Position numbers and translations under genes: made by a program. From positions 43,772 to 107,771 of the forward strand of contig CAWEVS010000016.1 of assembly GCA_963812575.1 (NCBI GenBank): DNA of 64,000 bases, given 5' to 3'. Numbering within the stretch: the stretch's first letter is position 1; each line of letters starts with the position of its first letter. The notes below the pieces were generated by a model. The model was given only the letters and a program-made list of their open reading frames with translations, had not been told where the DNA came from and ran no database searches. This stretch comes from an uncultured Solirubrobacteraceae bacterium. Lineage in GTDB: Bacteria; Actinomycetota; Thermoleophilia; Solirubrobacterales; Solirubrobacteraceae. Shown here in pieces: positions 1 to 10,930 of this stretch.

Positions 1-954
1 GGGCGGGTCCGTCGCTACGGCTACGCGCCGTCGGAATACCTGACCGAAGTGCTCGCGCGCAAGGGCGTCGGCTTCATCGAACGCTCGGCCGATCAGCGCC
101 GGCCGTTCCTGCTCGAGCTGGCGACGTTCGCGCCGCATGCGCCGTACACGCCTGCGCCGCGCGACGCGGCGGAGTTTCCCGGGCTGCACGCGCCACGCTC
201 GCCCGCCTTCAACGCCGTCGGGCAGAACGAGCCGTACTGGCTGAGCCGCTTCTCGCCGCTGGGCCCGAGCCAGGTGGCGAGAATCGACGCGAAGTTCCGC
301 AAGCGCGCGCAGGCCGTGCAGGCGGTCGATCGGATGATCGGATCGATCGAGCGCGAGCTGGCGGCGAAGGGTCTGGCGCGCGACACCTACATCGTGTTCA
401 GCTCCGACAACGGCCTGCACATGGGCGAGCATCGGCTGGAGCCGGGCAAGCTGACGGCCTTCGACACCGACATCAAGGTGCCGCTGATCGTGACCGGTCC
501 AGGCGTCCCGTCCGGACGCACGGTGAGCGCGATGACCGAGAACATCGACCTCTGCCCGAGCTTCGAGGAACTGGCCGGCGCGGCGGTGCCACCGCGCGTC
601 GACGGCCACAGCCTCGTCGCGCTCCTGCACGGGCGCCGGGCGCGCGGCTGGCGCAAGGAGATCCTCGTCGAGCACCACGGGCGCGTGCGAGACCCCGGCG
701 ATCCAGACCTGCCGTCGCAGGGCTCCGGCAATCCGCCGAGCTACGAGGCGATCAGGACCGCGAGCAGTCTGTACGTCGAGTACGTGACCGGCGAACGCGA
801 GTACTACGACCTCGCGCGCGACCCGTTCGAGCTCGACAACATCGCCGATCAGCTGCCGCCGTCGCGCCTGCGAACGCTTCACCGCACGCTTGCGCGGATC
901 GAGCGCTGCCACGGCGGCCGCGCGTGCTGGCGCGCGCAGCACGGCGCCACCTGA
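1..954 (+). CDS. Sulfatase (N-acetylglucosamine-6-sulfatase-like), 5' part outside window
   Basis: Motifs APHAP, FSSDNGLHMGEHRL, KVPLIV.GPG, EYYDL..DPFELDN; frame open from base 1. Confidence 0.85.
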   Translation, partial: GRVRRYGYAPSEYLTEVLARKGVGFIERSADQRRPFLLELATFAPHAPYTPAPRDAAEFPGLHAPRSPAFNAVGQNEPYWLSRFSPLGPSQVARIDAKFRKRAQAVQAVDRMIGSIERELAAKGLARDTYIVFSSDNGLHMGEHRLEPGKLTAFDTDIKVPLIVTGPGVPSGRTVSAMTENIDLCPSFEELAGAAVPPRVDGHSLVALLHGRRARGWRKEILVEHHGRVRDPGDPDLPSQGSGNPPSYEAIRTASSLYVEYVTGEREYYDLARDPFELDNIADQLPPSRLRTLHRTLARIERCHGGRACWRAQHGAT

Positions 955-973
955 GGTCATAGGCTCACGAGCG

Positions 974-2092
974 ATGAGCGAGCAGCACGGCACGACCGAC
1001 TATCGAGACGCCGGCGTCGACTACGACGCGCTCGACGCCGGCAAGCGCTCGGCGATCGCCAAGGCGCTGTCGACCTCGCCGTTGCTGCTCGCCGGCGGCG
1101 GGCGCGCGCTGGACGCCTCGCGCGGTGAGCCGGCATTCGTGTTCGAGCTCGACGGGCGCACGCTGGCGTTCGTCGTCGAGGGGCTCGGCACGAAGTCGAT
1201 CATCGCCCGTCAGGTGCTCGAGGAGCAGGGCATCGACCGCTTCGACGCGGTCGCCTACGACACGGTCGCCGCGATCCTCAACGACCTCTGCTGCGTCGGT
1301 GCGCTGCCGCTCGTCGTCAACGCGTACTTCGCGACCGGCTCCTCGGACTGGTACCGCGAGCCGGGTCGAGCGGAGTCGCTGCTGGAGGGCTGGCGGCGGG
1401 CTTGTGTCGACGCCGGCTGCACATGGGGAGGAGGCGAGTCACCGTCGCTCAGCGGCCTCGTCTCCGAGCGCGACATCGAGCTCGCCGGCGCGGCCGTCGG
1501 TGCCGTGCCGGGCGGGCGCCAGCCGATCCTCGGCGAGCAGCTGCAGCCGGGCGATGAGATCGTGCTCGTCGCCTCCAGCGGGCTGCACGCCAACGGCGCG
1601 TCGCTGGCGCGGCTCCTCGCCGCGCGCCTGCCGGAGGGCTACGCGACGCGACTGGCGAGCGGCGCGACGCTCGGCGACGCGCTGCTTGCGCCGTCGCTGA
1701 TCTATACGCCGCTGATCGCCGCGCTGCTGGAGTCCGGCCCGGCTCCCACCTACATCAGCCACGTGACCGGTCACGGCCTGCTCAAGCTGATGCGCCCGCC
1801 GGCGCAGCTGCGCTACCGGATCGAGCGCCTGCCGCCCGTGCCGGAGGTGCTCGAGTTCCTCGTGGCGCAGGCGCAGCTCGATCCGCACGCCGCCTACTCG
1901 ACCTTCAACATGGGATCGGGCTACGCGCTCTACTGCCGTCCGGGTGAGGGCGCAGCGATCGTCATCGCCGCCGGCGAGCTCGGCTTCGACGCGCTTCTTG
2001 CGGGCCACGTCGAGGAGGGCCCGCGCAGCGTCGTCGTCGAGCCGATCGGCGTGCGCTACGAGAGCGATGAGCTCGAGCTGTCGGCCGGCTGA
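974..2092 (+). CDS. purM: Phosphoribosylformylglycinamidine cyclo-ligase (AIR synthase)
   Basis: Y.DAGVD N-terminus, EGLGTK, GGE, SSGLHANG, HVTGHG, TFNMG.G; TAGGCT -10-like box 8 nt upstream of ATG 974. Confidence 0.9.
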   Translation: MSEQHGTTDYRDAGVDYDALDAGKRSAIAKALSTSPLLLAGGGRALDASRGEPAFVFELDGRTLAFVVEGLGTKSIIARQVLEEQGIDRFDAVAYDTVAAILNDLCCVGALPLVVNAYFATGSSDWYREPGRAESLLEGWRRACVDAGCTWGGGESPSLSGLVSERDIELAGAAVGAVPGGRQPILGEQLQPGDEIVLVASSGLHANGASLARLLAARLPEGYATRLASGATLGDALLAPSLIYTPLIAALLESGPAPTYISHVTGHGLLKLMRPPAQLRYRIERLPPVPEVLEFLVAQAQLDPHAAYSTFNMGSGYALYCRPGEGAAIVIAAGELGFDALLAGHVEEGPRSVVVEPIGVRYESDELELSAG

Positions 2093-2380
2093 TCCTCGAT
2101 CTCGAGTTGAGCTTGAGTGTTTCGCGGTCGGTCTGACGATCTTCGTCCGGTCCTGTTTCGCCGGTGCCCGCTCGTGGAAATCCGATCCCTGAATGCAAGC
2201 CGTTGCCCACACCCCGTTGCCACTTGCGGGCATCGTGGGCGATGGATAATGTCTCTGGCAGTACGTCGCCACTGTTCTCCGGGCCCGATGCTCGGAGATC
2301 TCGATATCGCCGGACCGGCACGGTTCCGGAGCTACCCGGATCGAGGCGGACCTGTCCATCAACAGAGGAGAGAGAATCTG

Positions 2381-3218
2381 ATGCGCAGAGCATCCACCTG
2401 TCTGGCCTTGCTCGGCTCCCTTGCCGTCCTTGGCCTCCCGGCTGCGGCATCCGCCGCGCCGACGGTCACGTTCAAAGCGAAGGCCGTGCCGATCCCGAAG
2501 CCGGGCGGAGGCACCTACCCCGGCACCGGCAACATCCTCAACGCCGGCGCCGCGCTGGAAGCGAACTTCGTCCTCACCGGCTCGGGCTACGGCGCCACGC
2601 CGGCGAACCCGGCCGGCGGCATCCCGCCGCTCGCGGCGGTGAACTTCTTCCTGCCTGCAGGCTCGAAGATCAACTCGAGCGGCTTCAGCACGTGCTCGGA
2701 ATCGATCCTGAAGAACACCGGGTCCGTCGGGCTGCAGCAAGGGATCGGTCGCAAGCCCCAAGGGCAACGCGCTCGGCGAAGTCACGTTCGGCACCGAACG
2801 TGTGCCTGAGGAAGCGTCGCTGCAGGCCTTCTTCGGACCGAACAAGAGCCTCTACTTCTACGTCGACGGAAGCAGCCCGGTCTCGCTCGAATTCGTCTCG
2901 ACCGGCACGTACGTCAACTCGGGCCAGCCGCCGTACGGCCTCGAGCTGAAGTCGACTGTCCCGGCGATCGCGACCGTTCCGGGCGCCCCGCTCGCCTCGA
3001 CCAAGAACATCAACATCAAGGTCGGCGCGGCGATCAAGAAGGGCAAGAAGCTGATCTCCTACGGCACGTTGCCGTCGAAGTGCCCGGCCGGCGGCTTCCC
3101 GCTGAAGGCCGAACTGATCTTCGGTGGCTCCTACGGCGGAGAACGCGAATTCGGGATCCCTGCGGAAACGGTCACGACGACGTACAAGTCGCCGTGCCCG
3201 CCGAAGGGCAAGAAGTAG
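2381..3218 (+). CDS. Secreted hypothetical protein (signal peptide), one frameshift near 2740
   Basis: GAGGAG RBS; MRRASTCLALLGSLAVLGLPAAASA signal; continues in the 2802..3218 frame ending LPSKCPAGGFP...PCPPKGKK. Confidence 0.75.
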
Positions 3219-3276
3219 GTCCGAGAGGCGGGCTTACGCGCTTCGGGGCGTAAGATCGCCAGCAGGAAATTGGGAT

Positions 3277-3319
3277 CGGGCGGCCTCACCATCTGGTGGG
3301 GCCGCCCGCCTCTTTGTTG
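3277..3319 (+). terminator. Intrinsic terminator-like hairpin
   Basis: CGGGCGGCCTCACCA-TC-TGGTGGGGCCGCCCG followed by CCTCTTTGTT. Confidence 0.6.
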
Positions 3320-3337
3320 AAAGCAAGGAAGGATCGG

Positions 3338-4915
3338 GTGAGGAGGAAGACCGTCGGGGGAGCCAGGCGTGTGACCGCGGTCGCGGTCCTCGTCGCCGTG
3401 GGCGCAGCGCTCGCGGTGCTGCTCGCCACTTCCGCGGGCGGCTCCAACGGAAAGTACGAAGTCCGCGCGATCTTCGACGACGCCGGCAACATCATCTCCG
3501 GCGAGAACGTGAAGATCGGCGGCGTGACCGTCGGCAAGGTCGGCTCGGTGACGGCCACGCCGCAGGCCAAGGCGGCGGTCGTGCTGAAGATCACGAACAC
3601 CGGCTTCCAGGACTTCCGTGCGGACGCCAGCTGCACGGTGCGCCCGCAGGCGCTGATCGGCGAGAAGTTCGTCGATTGCCTGCCGACGCAGCCGCGCGTC
3701 GCCGGCACGCCGCTGCCGCCGGCGCTGCACAAGATTCCCAGCGGGCAGGAAGGCGCCGGCGAGCTGCTGCTGCCGGTGCAGAACACGCACAGCCCGGTCG
3801 ACGTCGACCTGCTCGGCGACATCTCGCGGCTGCCCGAGCGCCAGCGCCTGACGATCATCCTCAACGAGCTCGGCGCCGGGCTGGCCGGGCGCGGCAGCGA
3901 CCTGCACGAAGTGATCCGCCGCGCCAACCCGGCGCTGCAGGAACTCGATCGCGTGCTGCAGATCCTGGCCGGCGAGAACAAGGTGCTCGCGCGCCTGGCG
4001 GTCGACTCCGACAAAGCGCTGCAGCCGTTCGCCGCCGTGCGCGGCAAGGTCGCCGACTTCATCCAGCAGGCGAACACCGTCGCGCAGGCCTCCGCGCGCC
4101 ATCGCGGCGCGCTGAAGCAGAACCTGGCGCTGTTGCCGAAGTTCCTGGCGCAGCTGGGGCCGTCGATGGAACGGCTGGCGGCGTTCGCCGAACAGACGAC
4201 GCCGGTCTTCACCGACCTGAAAGTCGCCGCGCCCGGCATCAACAAGGCGTTCACGAACCTGCCGGCGTTCTCGAACAGCTCGACGAAGTTCTTCACGAGC
4301 CTCGGCGCGACGGCGAAGATCTCCGGTCCGGCGCTGACCGCGATCCAGCCGCTGCTCGCACGGCTGGCGCAGCTCGGCAAGGAAGGCAAGCCGTTCGCCT
4401 TCAACGCCTCCGAACTGCTGAGCAGCCTGCGCTCGACCGGCGGCCTCGAGCGGATCCTCGACTTCATCTTCCTCGGCGCCGGCGCGGCCAACGGCTACGA
4501 CGCGCTCGGACACTTCCTGCGCGCCGAAGCCGTCGGCAACGGATGCCTGACCTACGCGATCACCGCGGAATCGAAATGCGCGAGCTCGAAACTGTTCAAC
4601 CAGAACAGCTCGGGAGCGAGCGAAGCGACGCCGGCCTCCGCGAGCAACGCCTCCTCGGCGCAGGCTGCGAGCACCAACGAGAGCGTGACGATGGCGCGAA
4701 CGCTCGCCGTGCTGAAGGGCGCGACGCCGGCCGAGGCGGTCGCGAAATATCCCGGCGCGGCAGGCACGGCGGCCTCGAGCGGCGGCGTCGCGGCGGCGAG
4801 CGCCGAACCGGCAGCGAGCAGCAAGCCGTCCGCAAGCTCGAGCGTGCTGCTCGGCTCCTCGCCCGAAAGCTCGGGCGCCGACGGAATGCTCCTCAACTAC
4901 CTGCTCGGCGGCTGA
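3338..4915 (+). CDS. MCE/MlaD family protein 1
   Basis: N-terminal TM, A.F.DAGNI..G.NVKIGGV.VGKV, LIGEKFVD, long helical region; start could be 3371. Confidence 0.85.
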   Translation: MRRKTVGGARRVTAVAVLVAVGAALAVLLATSAGGSNGKYEVRAIFDDAGNIISGENVKIGGVTVGKVGSVTATPQAKAAVVLKITNTGFQDFRADASCTVRPQALIGEKFVDCLPTQPRVAGTPLPPALHKIPSGQEGAGELLLPVQNTHSPVDVDLLGDISRLPERQRLTIILNELGAGLAGRGSDLHEVIRRANPALQELDRVLQILAGENKVLARLAVDSDKALQPFAAVRGKVADFIQQANTVAQASARHRGALKQNLALLPKFLAQLGPSMERLAAFAEQTTPVFTDLKVAAPGINKAFTNLPAFSNSSTKFFTSLGATAKISGPALTAIQPLLARLAQLGKEGKPFAFNASELLSSLRSTGGLERILDFIFLGAGAANGYDALGHFLRAEAVGNGCLTYAITAESKCASSKLFNQNSSGASEATPASASNASSAQAASTNESVTMARTLAVLKGATPAEAVAKYPGAAGTAASSGGVAAASAEPAASSKPSASSSVLLGSSPESSGADGMLLNYLLGG

Positions 4916-4964
4916 GCTGATGAGCGCGCGCAACCACACGAACACGGCCGGAGCGCGCTAGGCG

Positions 4965-6381
4965 ATGGCGACGACGACTCCTCCGAAACCGCCGGCCGCG
5001 CCGCCGCCGCCGCCCGGTTCGCCCGAGCCTCCGCGGCGCTCGTCTGTGCCCGCGCGTGAGCGCTACGGTCGCCCGATCGCGGTGACCGCGCTCATCGTCG
5101 TCGTGCTGGCGGTGCTGTTCCTGGTGTTCGGCCGCAGCGGCGGCGCGACGTACAAGCTCGAATTCGCCGAAGGCGACCAGCTCGTCAAGGGCAACCAGGT
5201 GCAGGTCGGCGGCGTGCCGGTCGGCAGCGTCACGAACATCGAACTGACGCACGACTTCAAAGCGATCGTGACGATCCACGTGAACTCGTCGCTGACGCCG
5301 CTTCACCGCGGCACGACCGCGCAGGTGAGGGTGCCGTCGCTGTCCAGCGTCGCGAACCGCTTCGTCGCGCTCAGCCCCGGGACCGAACAACGCGCCGGCG
5401 CTCGCCTCGGGTTCACTGCTGCCGGCCAGCGCGACGAAGGAAGTCACGGACCTCGACCAGCTGTTCAACACGTTCAACCCGAAGACGCGCAAGGGTTTGC
5501 AGGGGTTCATCCAGGGCACCGCCGAACAGTACGTCGGCACGAACAAGGCGCTCGCCGGCGCGACCGAATACTTCGCGCCGTCGCTCTCGGCGACCGACCA
5601 CTTCTTCGCCGAGCTGGTCCGCGACCAGTCGACGTTCACGAAGTTCCTCATCGAAACGTCGAAGGCCGTGACGACGATCGGAGCGCGCAAGGAACAGCTG
5701 ACCGACCTGATCGAACACGCGAACACGACGTTCGCGGCGGTCGGCTCCGAGCAGCACAACCTCGCGACGGGTCTGCGAGAACTGCCGATCGCGCTGCGCC
5801 AGGGCAACAAGACGTTCGCGAACCTGCCCTCGACGTTCAGCGCGCTGAAAAAGCTCGTCGACGCCTCCAAGCCGACGGTGAAGCCGCTGAACCAGCTGTT
5901 CTCCAAGCTCGAACCGCTGCTGCGCACGGCGACGCCGGTCGTGACGAACTTCGCAAACGCGTTCAGCCGTCCCGGCCCCGGCAACGACCTGACCGACTTC
6001 GTGCGCGCGCTGCCGGCGCTCGCCACGCAGCTGGCTTCGGCGACGCCGCCGGCGGTCCAGGCCGATCGCGAAGGGATCCCGATCACGGCCTTCTTCGGCC
6101 CGTACTCACCCGATCTCGAGGGCACGCTGCGCGACTTCGGCCAGACGGCTGCCTACTACGACGCCAACGGCCACTACGCGCGTGTCAGCCCGGTCTTCCC
6201 CGACTTCGCGCTCGGCGCCAACGACAACCTGACGCCGGCGAGCGGCGCGCAGGCGTTGGCGCCGTTGAAATCGGGCCAGCTGCGACGCTGCCCGGGTGCC
6301 GCGACGCAGCCGGCGGCTGACGGCTCCTCGCCGTTCACCGACGGCGGAGCGCTCTCCTGCGAACCGAGCCAGCACCCATGA
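4965..6381 (+). CDS. MCE/MlaD family protein 2 (frameshift ~5385)
   Basis: QLVKGNQVQVGGVPVGSV; C-terminal half in ORF 5497..6381 (YYDANGHYARV). Confidence 0.85.
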
Positions 6382-7944
6382 ATCGCCGGCGCAACACATC
6401 GCTGGCGGGCAGCCCGCTGCTGATCGGCGCGATCACGACGCTGATCGTCGTCGTCGCGGTGTATCTCTCCTACAACGCGAACAACGGGCTGCCGTTCGTG
6501 CCGACGTACAACATCAAGGTCGTGCTGCCCGAGGGCTCAGGGCTGCAGCCTTCGAACCAGGTCAGGATCGGCGGCACGCGCGTCGGCATCATCGGCTCGC
6601 TGACGCCGCATCAGAACCCGCAGACGGGCGTGGTCACGGCGATCGCGAACCTGAAGCTCGAAAAAAAAGTCGAACCGCTGCCGGCCGACACGCGAGCGAT
6701 CGTCCTGTCGGTCTCGGCGATCGGTCTGAAGTACCTCGAACTGGAAAAGGGCACCGCCGCGAAGACGATCAAAGCCGGCGGCGAGATTCCGGTCAGCCAG
6801 ACGAAGGAACCGGTCGACATCGACCAGCTGTTCAACATGTTCAGTGAAAAAACGCGCACGGCGATCCAGCAGAACACGAACAGCTTCGGCGACGGGCTGG
6901 CCGGGCGCGGGCTCGAACTGAACGAAGCGATCGGCACGCTGCGCCCGCTCGTCAACCGCGCGATTCCGGTGCTGCGCAACCTCGCCTCGCCGAAGACCGA
7001 TCTGAGCGCGTTCTTCCCGGCGCTCGAGCGCGTCTCCGAACAGGCGGCGCCGGTCGCCGACCAGCAGGCCGCGCTGTACGTCGATCAGGACACGTTCTTC
7101 AAGGCGTGGGCCGGCGTCGCGAAATCTCTCGAAGAAGCGACCGTCGGCGGCCCGGCATCGCTCGAACAGGCGATCTACTCGCTGCCCTACGAGGCGGCTT
7201 TCACGGAAAAGAGCACCGAGTTCATGCGTCTGCTGCGGCCCAGCGCGAAGACGCTGACGACCGTCGCGCAGCCGCTCGGCGACGCGATCGCGGCGGGCGC
7301 GGTCAACCTCAAGCAGGCGGTCGCGCTGAACTCGCGCCTGGCCGAATCCTCACAGGACTTCCAGAAATTCGCCGAAGACCCGATCGTCACGGCCGGGCTC
7401 GAAGACTTCACGCAGACGCTGCAGTACGGCAATCCGGTGCTTGCCGGGTTGGCGCCCGAGCAGGCCTACTGCAACTACCTGACGCTCGCGTTCCGCAACG
7501 TCGCGAGCCTCGAGTCGGAGAACATCGGCGTCGGCACGCTCGCGCGCGCCTCGATCGTGCTCTCGCCGACCGGACCGAACAACGAGGGCTTCCCCTCATC
7601 GGCGCCGGCCAACGGCCCGTCGACCGAAAAAACGTTCGGCGGCGGCTCGGTCATCGACAACGACCACGTGCACCTGAACCCGTATCCGAACGTCGCCGGC
7701 CCCGGGCCAGGCGAAACTCTGCGAAGCCGGCAACGAGCACTACGAAGTCGGCAAGCTCGTCGACGGCAACCTGCCTGCCGCGAGCGTCGACAAGAACCGC
7801 GAACTGACGAGCCGCGAACAGAACCTGTTCGGTCAGAAGTACTCCAGCGAAACGCTGAAGGACCTCGGGATCACGCCGAAGAGCGCGCCGAAGAAGACGA
7901 GCAAGAGCAAGCAGAAGAGCGCCGGCAAGGGGAAGAAGAAGTGA
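6378..7944 (+). CDS. MCE/MlaD family protein 3 (frameshift ~7705)
   Basis: YNANNGLPFVPTY, VRIGG.RVG, SAIGLKYLEL; shifted tail ends ...KSAGKGKKK-TGA at 7942-7944. Confidence 0.85.
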
Positions 7945-9440
7945 GCCGCTTGCGCTGGTGGCGCCGCCGCGACGAGACGCCCGTCGTCGAGCTGAACCGC
8001 ACGAGCCCCGTGCGCTTCGCGATCGTCTTCCTGATCGTGATCGCGGTCGCGATCTACTTCGGCTTCACGAAGGCGATTCCGTTCAAACACGGCTACCGCC
8101 TGAACGCGCAGTTCGCCAGCGCGCTGAACATCAAACCGAAGTCGCCGGTGCGCATCGCCGGAGTCGACGTCGGCAAGGTGACCGGCATCAAGCATCAGGG
8201 GCAGACGGCGCTCGTCAAGATGGAACTCGAATCGAAGGGTCTGCCGATCCACTCCGACGCGACCGTCAAGATCCGCCCGCGGATCTTCCTCGAAGGCAAC
8301 TGGTTCGTCGAACTGTCACCCGGCAGCCCGTCGGCGAAGACGCTCTCCTCCGGCTCGACGCTGCCGAGCACGCAGTCCTCCGATCCGGTCCAGATCGACC
8401 AGGTGCTCGACGCGCTGAACACCGACACGCGCAAGAACCTGCAGGAATTCCTGATCGGCTACGGCGACGCGCTGACGCGTAAGCCGTCTGCCGCCGACAA
8501 CGCCGAACAGGATCCGGAAGTACGCGAAGTCAACGCGGCCGAAGCGCTCAACAAAACCTACCGCCGTGCGCCGGCGGCCGAGCGCGGCGGCGCGATCGTC
8601 AACCAGGCGATCGGCGGCACCGAACCGCACGACCTCTCAAAGCTCGTGCTGAGCATCGGCAAAGTGACGGCGGCGCTGAACGTGCACGAACAGCAGCTGG
8701 GCGAACTGATCGGCAACTTCAACGCGTTCTTCCGCGCGTTCGCCTCGCGTGCCTCGAGCCTGCAGCGCGCCGTCGCCGTGCTGCCGAGCTCGCTTCACCA
8801 GATCGATGCCGGCCTGCGCGAACTGAACGCGGCGTTCCCGTCGGTGCGCACGTTCGCGACCGACATCCTGCCTGGCGTGAAGAACACGCCGCAGACCGTC
8901 AAGGCGACGCTGCCGTGGATCGCGCAGACGGAAGCGTCGCTGGCACCCGACGAGCTCGGCGGCGTGGCCAAGGGCCTCGAGGCGGCGACACCGCAGCTGG
9001 CGGCGCTGACGAACGAACAGACTCCGTTCTACAAGCAGACCGAACTGTTCAACAAGTGCCTGACGAACGTGTTCTATCCGGCGGGCAACGCGAAGCTGCA
9101 GGACGGCGCCGCGACGAGCGGCGTCGAAGACTACAAGGAGTTCTGGTACAGCATGACCGGCCTCGCCGGCATCGGTCAGAGCTTCGACGGCAACGGCACG
9201 GTGTCGCACTTCCTGCTCGGCAGCGGCGGCCCGACGATCCGCTCGGCGCCGACTTCGCTGCAGGGCACGAGCATCCAAGGCCTGCGGTTGCTCGCGCATG
9301 CCTCGCTGCCGCCGCAGGGCACGCGTCCGGCGTTCCCGAAGACCGAGCCCGCGTACAAGCCGCTCGTGCCGTGCTACACGCAGCAGGTGCCTGAATTCAA
9401 CGGCCCGCTCTCGCAGGGCCCGGCGGACGGGACCGGATGA
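7941..9440 (+). CDS. MCE/MlaD family protein 4
   Basis: GTG 7941 overlaps previous stop (GTGA); YFGFTK.IPF, SPVRIAGVDVGKV, PRIFLEGNWFVEL. Confidence 0.85.
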   Translation: MSRLRWWRRRDETPVVELNRTSPVRFAIVFLIVIAVAIYFGFTKAIPFKHGYRLNAQFASALNIKPKSPVRIAGVDVGKVTGIKHQGQTALVKMELESKGLPIHSDATVKIRPRIFLEGNWFVELSPGSPSAKTLSSGSTLPSTQSSDPVQIDQVLDALNTDTRKNLQEFLIGYGDALTRKPSAADNAEQDPEVREVNAAEALNKTYRRAPAAERGGAIVNQAIGGTEPHDLSKLVLSIGKVTAALNVHEQQLGELIGNFNAFFRAFASRASSLQRAVAVLPSSLHQIDAGLRELNAAFPSVRTFATDILPGVKNTPQTVKATLPWIAQTEASLAPDELGGVAKGLEAATPQLAALTNEQTPFYKQTELFNKCLTNVFYPAGNAKLQDGAATSGVEDYKEFWYSMTGLAGIGQSFDGNGTVSHFLLGSGGPTIRSAPTSLQGTSIQGLRLLAHASLPPQGTRPAFPKTEPAYKPLVPCYTQQVPEFNGPLSQGPADGTG

Positions 9441-10927
9441 TGGCGAGCAAGCAGCCGACAAAAGATCACAAACACTCCGGCGGCCTGACCGTGTTCGACC
9501 AGATCGAGCGCTACCGCACGGCGTTCATCTCGGTCATCGTGATGGTCATCATCGCGGCCGCCGTCGGCGGCTACATCCTCTCGCACGAGAACCTCAAGCT
9601 GCCCGGCTGGGTGCCCGTGCTCGGGCGCAACTACTACACGCTGAAGGCCGACATGCAGACGGCGCAGGCCGTCACGCCGGGACAGGGCCAGGCGGTGACG
9701 ATCGCCGGCGCGAAGATCGGCGAAGTCGCCAGCGTCGACCTGCACCAGGGCGTCGCGGTCGTCACGATGAAAATCACGCCGAAGTACGCACGGCTGTATC
9801 GCAACGCGACGATGCTGCTGCGCCCGAAGACGCAGCTGCAGGACATAACCGTCGAGGTCAACCCCGGCACGCCCTCGGCCGGCAAGCTGCCGAGCGGCTC
9901 GACGCTGCCGATCTCACAGACCGCGCCGAACGTCAACTTCGACGAATTCCTCTCCTCGCTCGATGCCGAAACGCGTGCCTACCTGCAGGAGCTGCTGGCC
10001 GGCGCGGGCGGCGCGCTGAAGAACAACGGCAAGGCGCTCTCGGCAACGTTCAAGCGGTTCGACCCGACCGCGCGCCTGATCCAGGAGATCTCCTCGACGC
10101 TCGAATCGCGCCACGCCAACATCGCCCGCTCGATCCACAACTTCCGGCTGCTGATGGAAGCGCTCGGCGGCAAGGACAAGCAGCTCGCCGAGCTGGTCGA
10201 TGCATCGAACGCCGTCTTCGCGACGTTCGCGCAGGAGGAACAGAGCGTCCAGCAGACGATCAAGCTGCTGCCGGGCGCGCTCGAAAAGACTCGCGGCGGG
10301 CTCGGCAAGCTGGCGACGGCGGCGCACGTGCTCGGGCCGACGCTGCACGAGCTGCAGCCGTTCGCGAAGGCGCTCGGGCCGGCGAACGAGGCGACGCAGA
10401 ACCTTGCGAAGACGACGACGCCGATCATCGAAAAAGAGGTGCGCCCGTTCGCGCGCGAAATCCTGCCGACGATCAACGAGATCGCGCCGGACACGAAGGA
10501 ACTGTCCGAAGCGTTCCCGAAGCTCGCGACCAGCTTCGGCGTGCTCAACGAATTCTTCAACGAGCTCGCCTACAACCCCGGCAAGAGCAAGGGTGGCTTC
10601 CTCTTCTACCTCGACTGGGCCAACCACAACCTCAACAGCGTGCTGAGCTCATCCGATGCCAACGGCGTGCTCGGGCGCACGCTCGTCTACTTCAACTGCG
10701 AAATCGCTCCGATCCTGAAAAGCGTCGCCTCGATCAACCCGAACGTGAACCTGATCGTCGGGCTGCTGCAGCCGCCCGAACGCTCGACCTGCCAGGCGCA
10801 GAAACTGCTCAAGGGCGAAAGCGCCGTGCACCAGCTGAGCAACCCGAAGGCGCCGGCCGGCAAACTGCTGACCGGCCTGGAGCCGTTCGGGTCGGACTCA
10901 GCGCACGCGTCGAGGAAGGCCGGCTGA
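9437..10927 (+). CDS. MCE/MlaD family protein 5
   Basis: AQAVTPGQGQAVTIAG..IGEV, LLRPKT.LQD, FNELAYNP. Confidence 0.85.
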   Translation: MMASKQPTKDHKHSGGLTVFDQIERYRTAFISVIVMVIIAAAVGGYILSHENLKLPGWVPVLGRNYYTLKADMQTAQAVTPGQGQAVTIAGAKIGEVASVDLHQGVAVVTMKITPKYARLYRNATMLLRPKTQLQDITVEVNPGTPSAGKLPSGSTLPISQTAPNVNFDEFLSSLDAETRAYLQELLAGAGGALKNNGKALSATFKRFDPTARLIQEISSTLESRHANIARSIHNFRLLMEALGGKDKQLAELVDASNAVFATFAQEEQSVQQTIKLLPGALEKTRGGLGKLATAAHVLGPTLHELQPFAKALGPANEATQNLAKTTTPIIEKEVRPFAREILPTINEIAPDTKELSEAFPKLATSFGVLNEFFNELAYNPGKSKGGFLFYLDWANHNLNSVLSSSDANGVLGRTLVYFNCEIAPILKSVASINPNVNLIVGLLQPPERSTCQAQKLLKGESAVHQLSNPKAPAGKLLTGLEPFGSDSAHASRKAG

Positions 10928-10930
10928 GCG

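Noticed and set aside
6378-9440. 1020-aa double-MCE fusion ORF
   Set aside because: A frameshift near 7705 bypasses the natural stop at 7942-7944; the GTGA overlap indicates two genes
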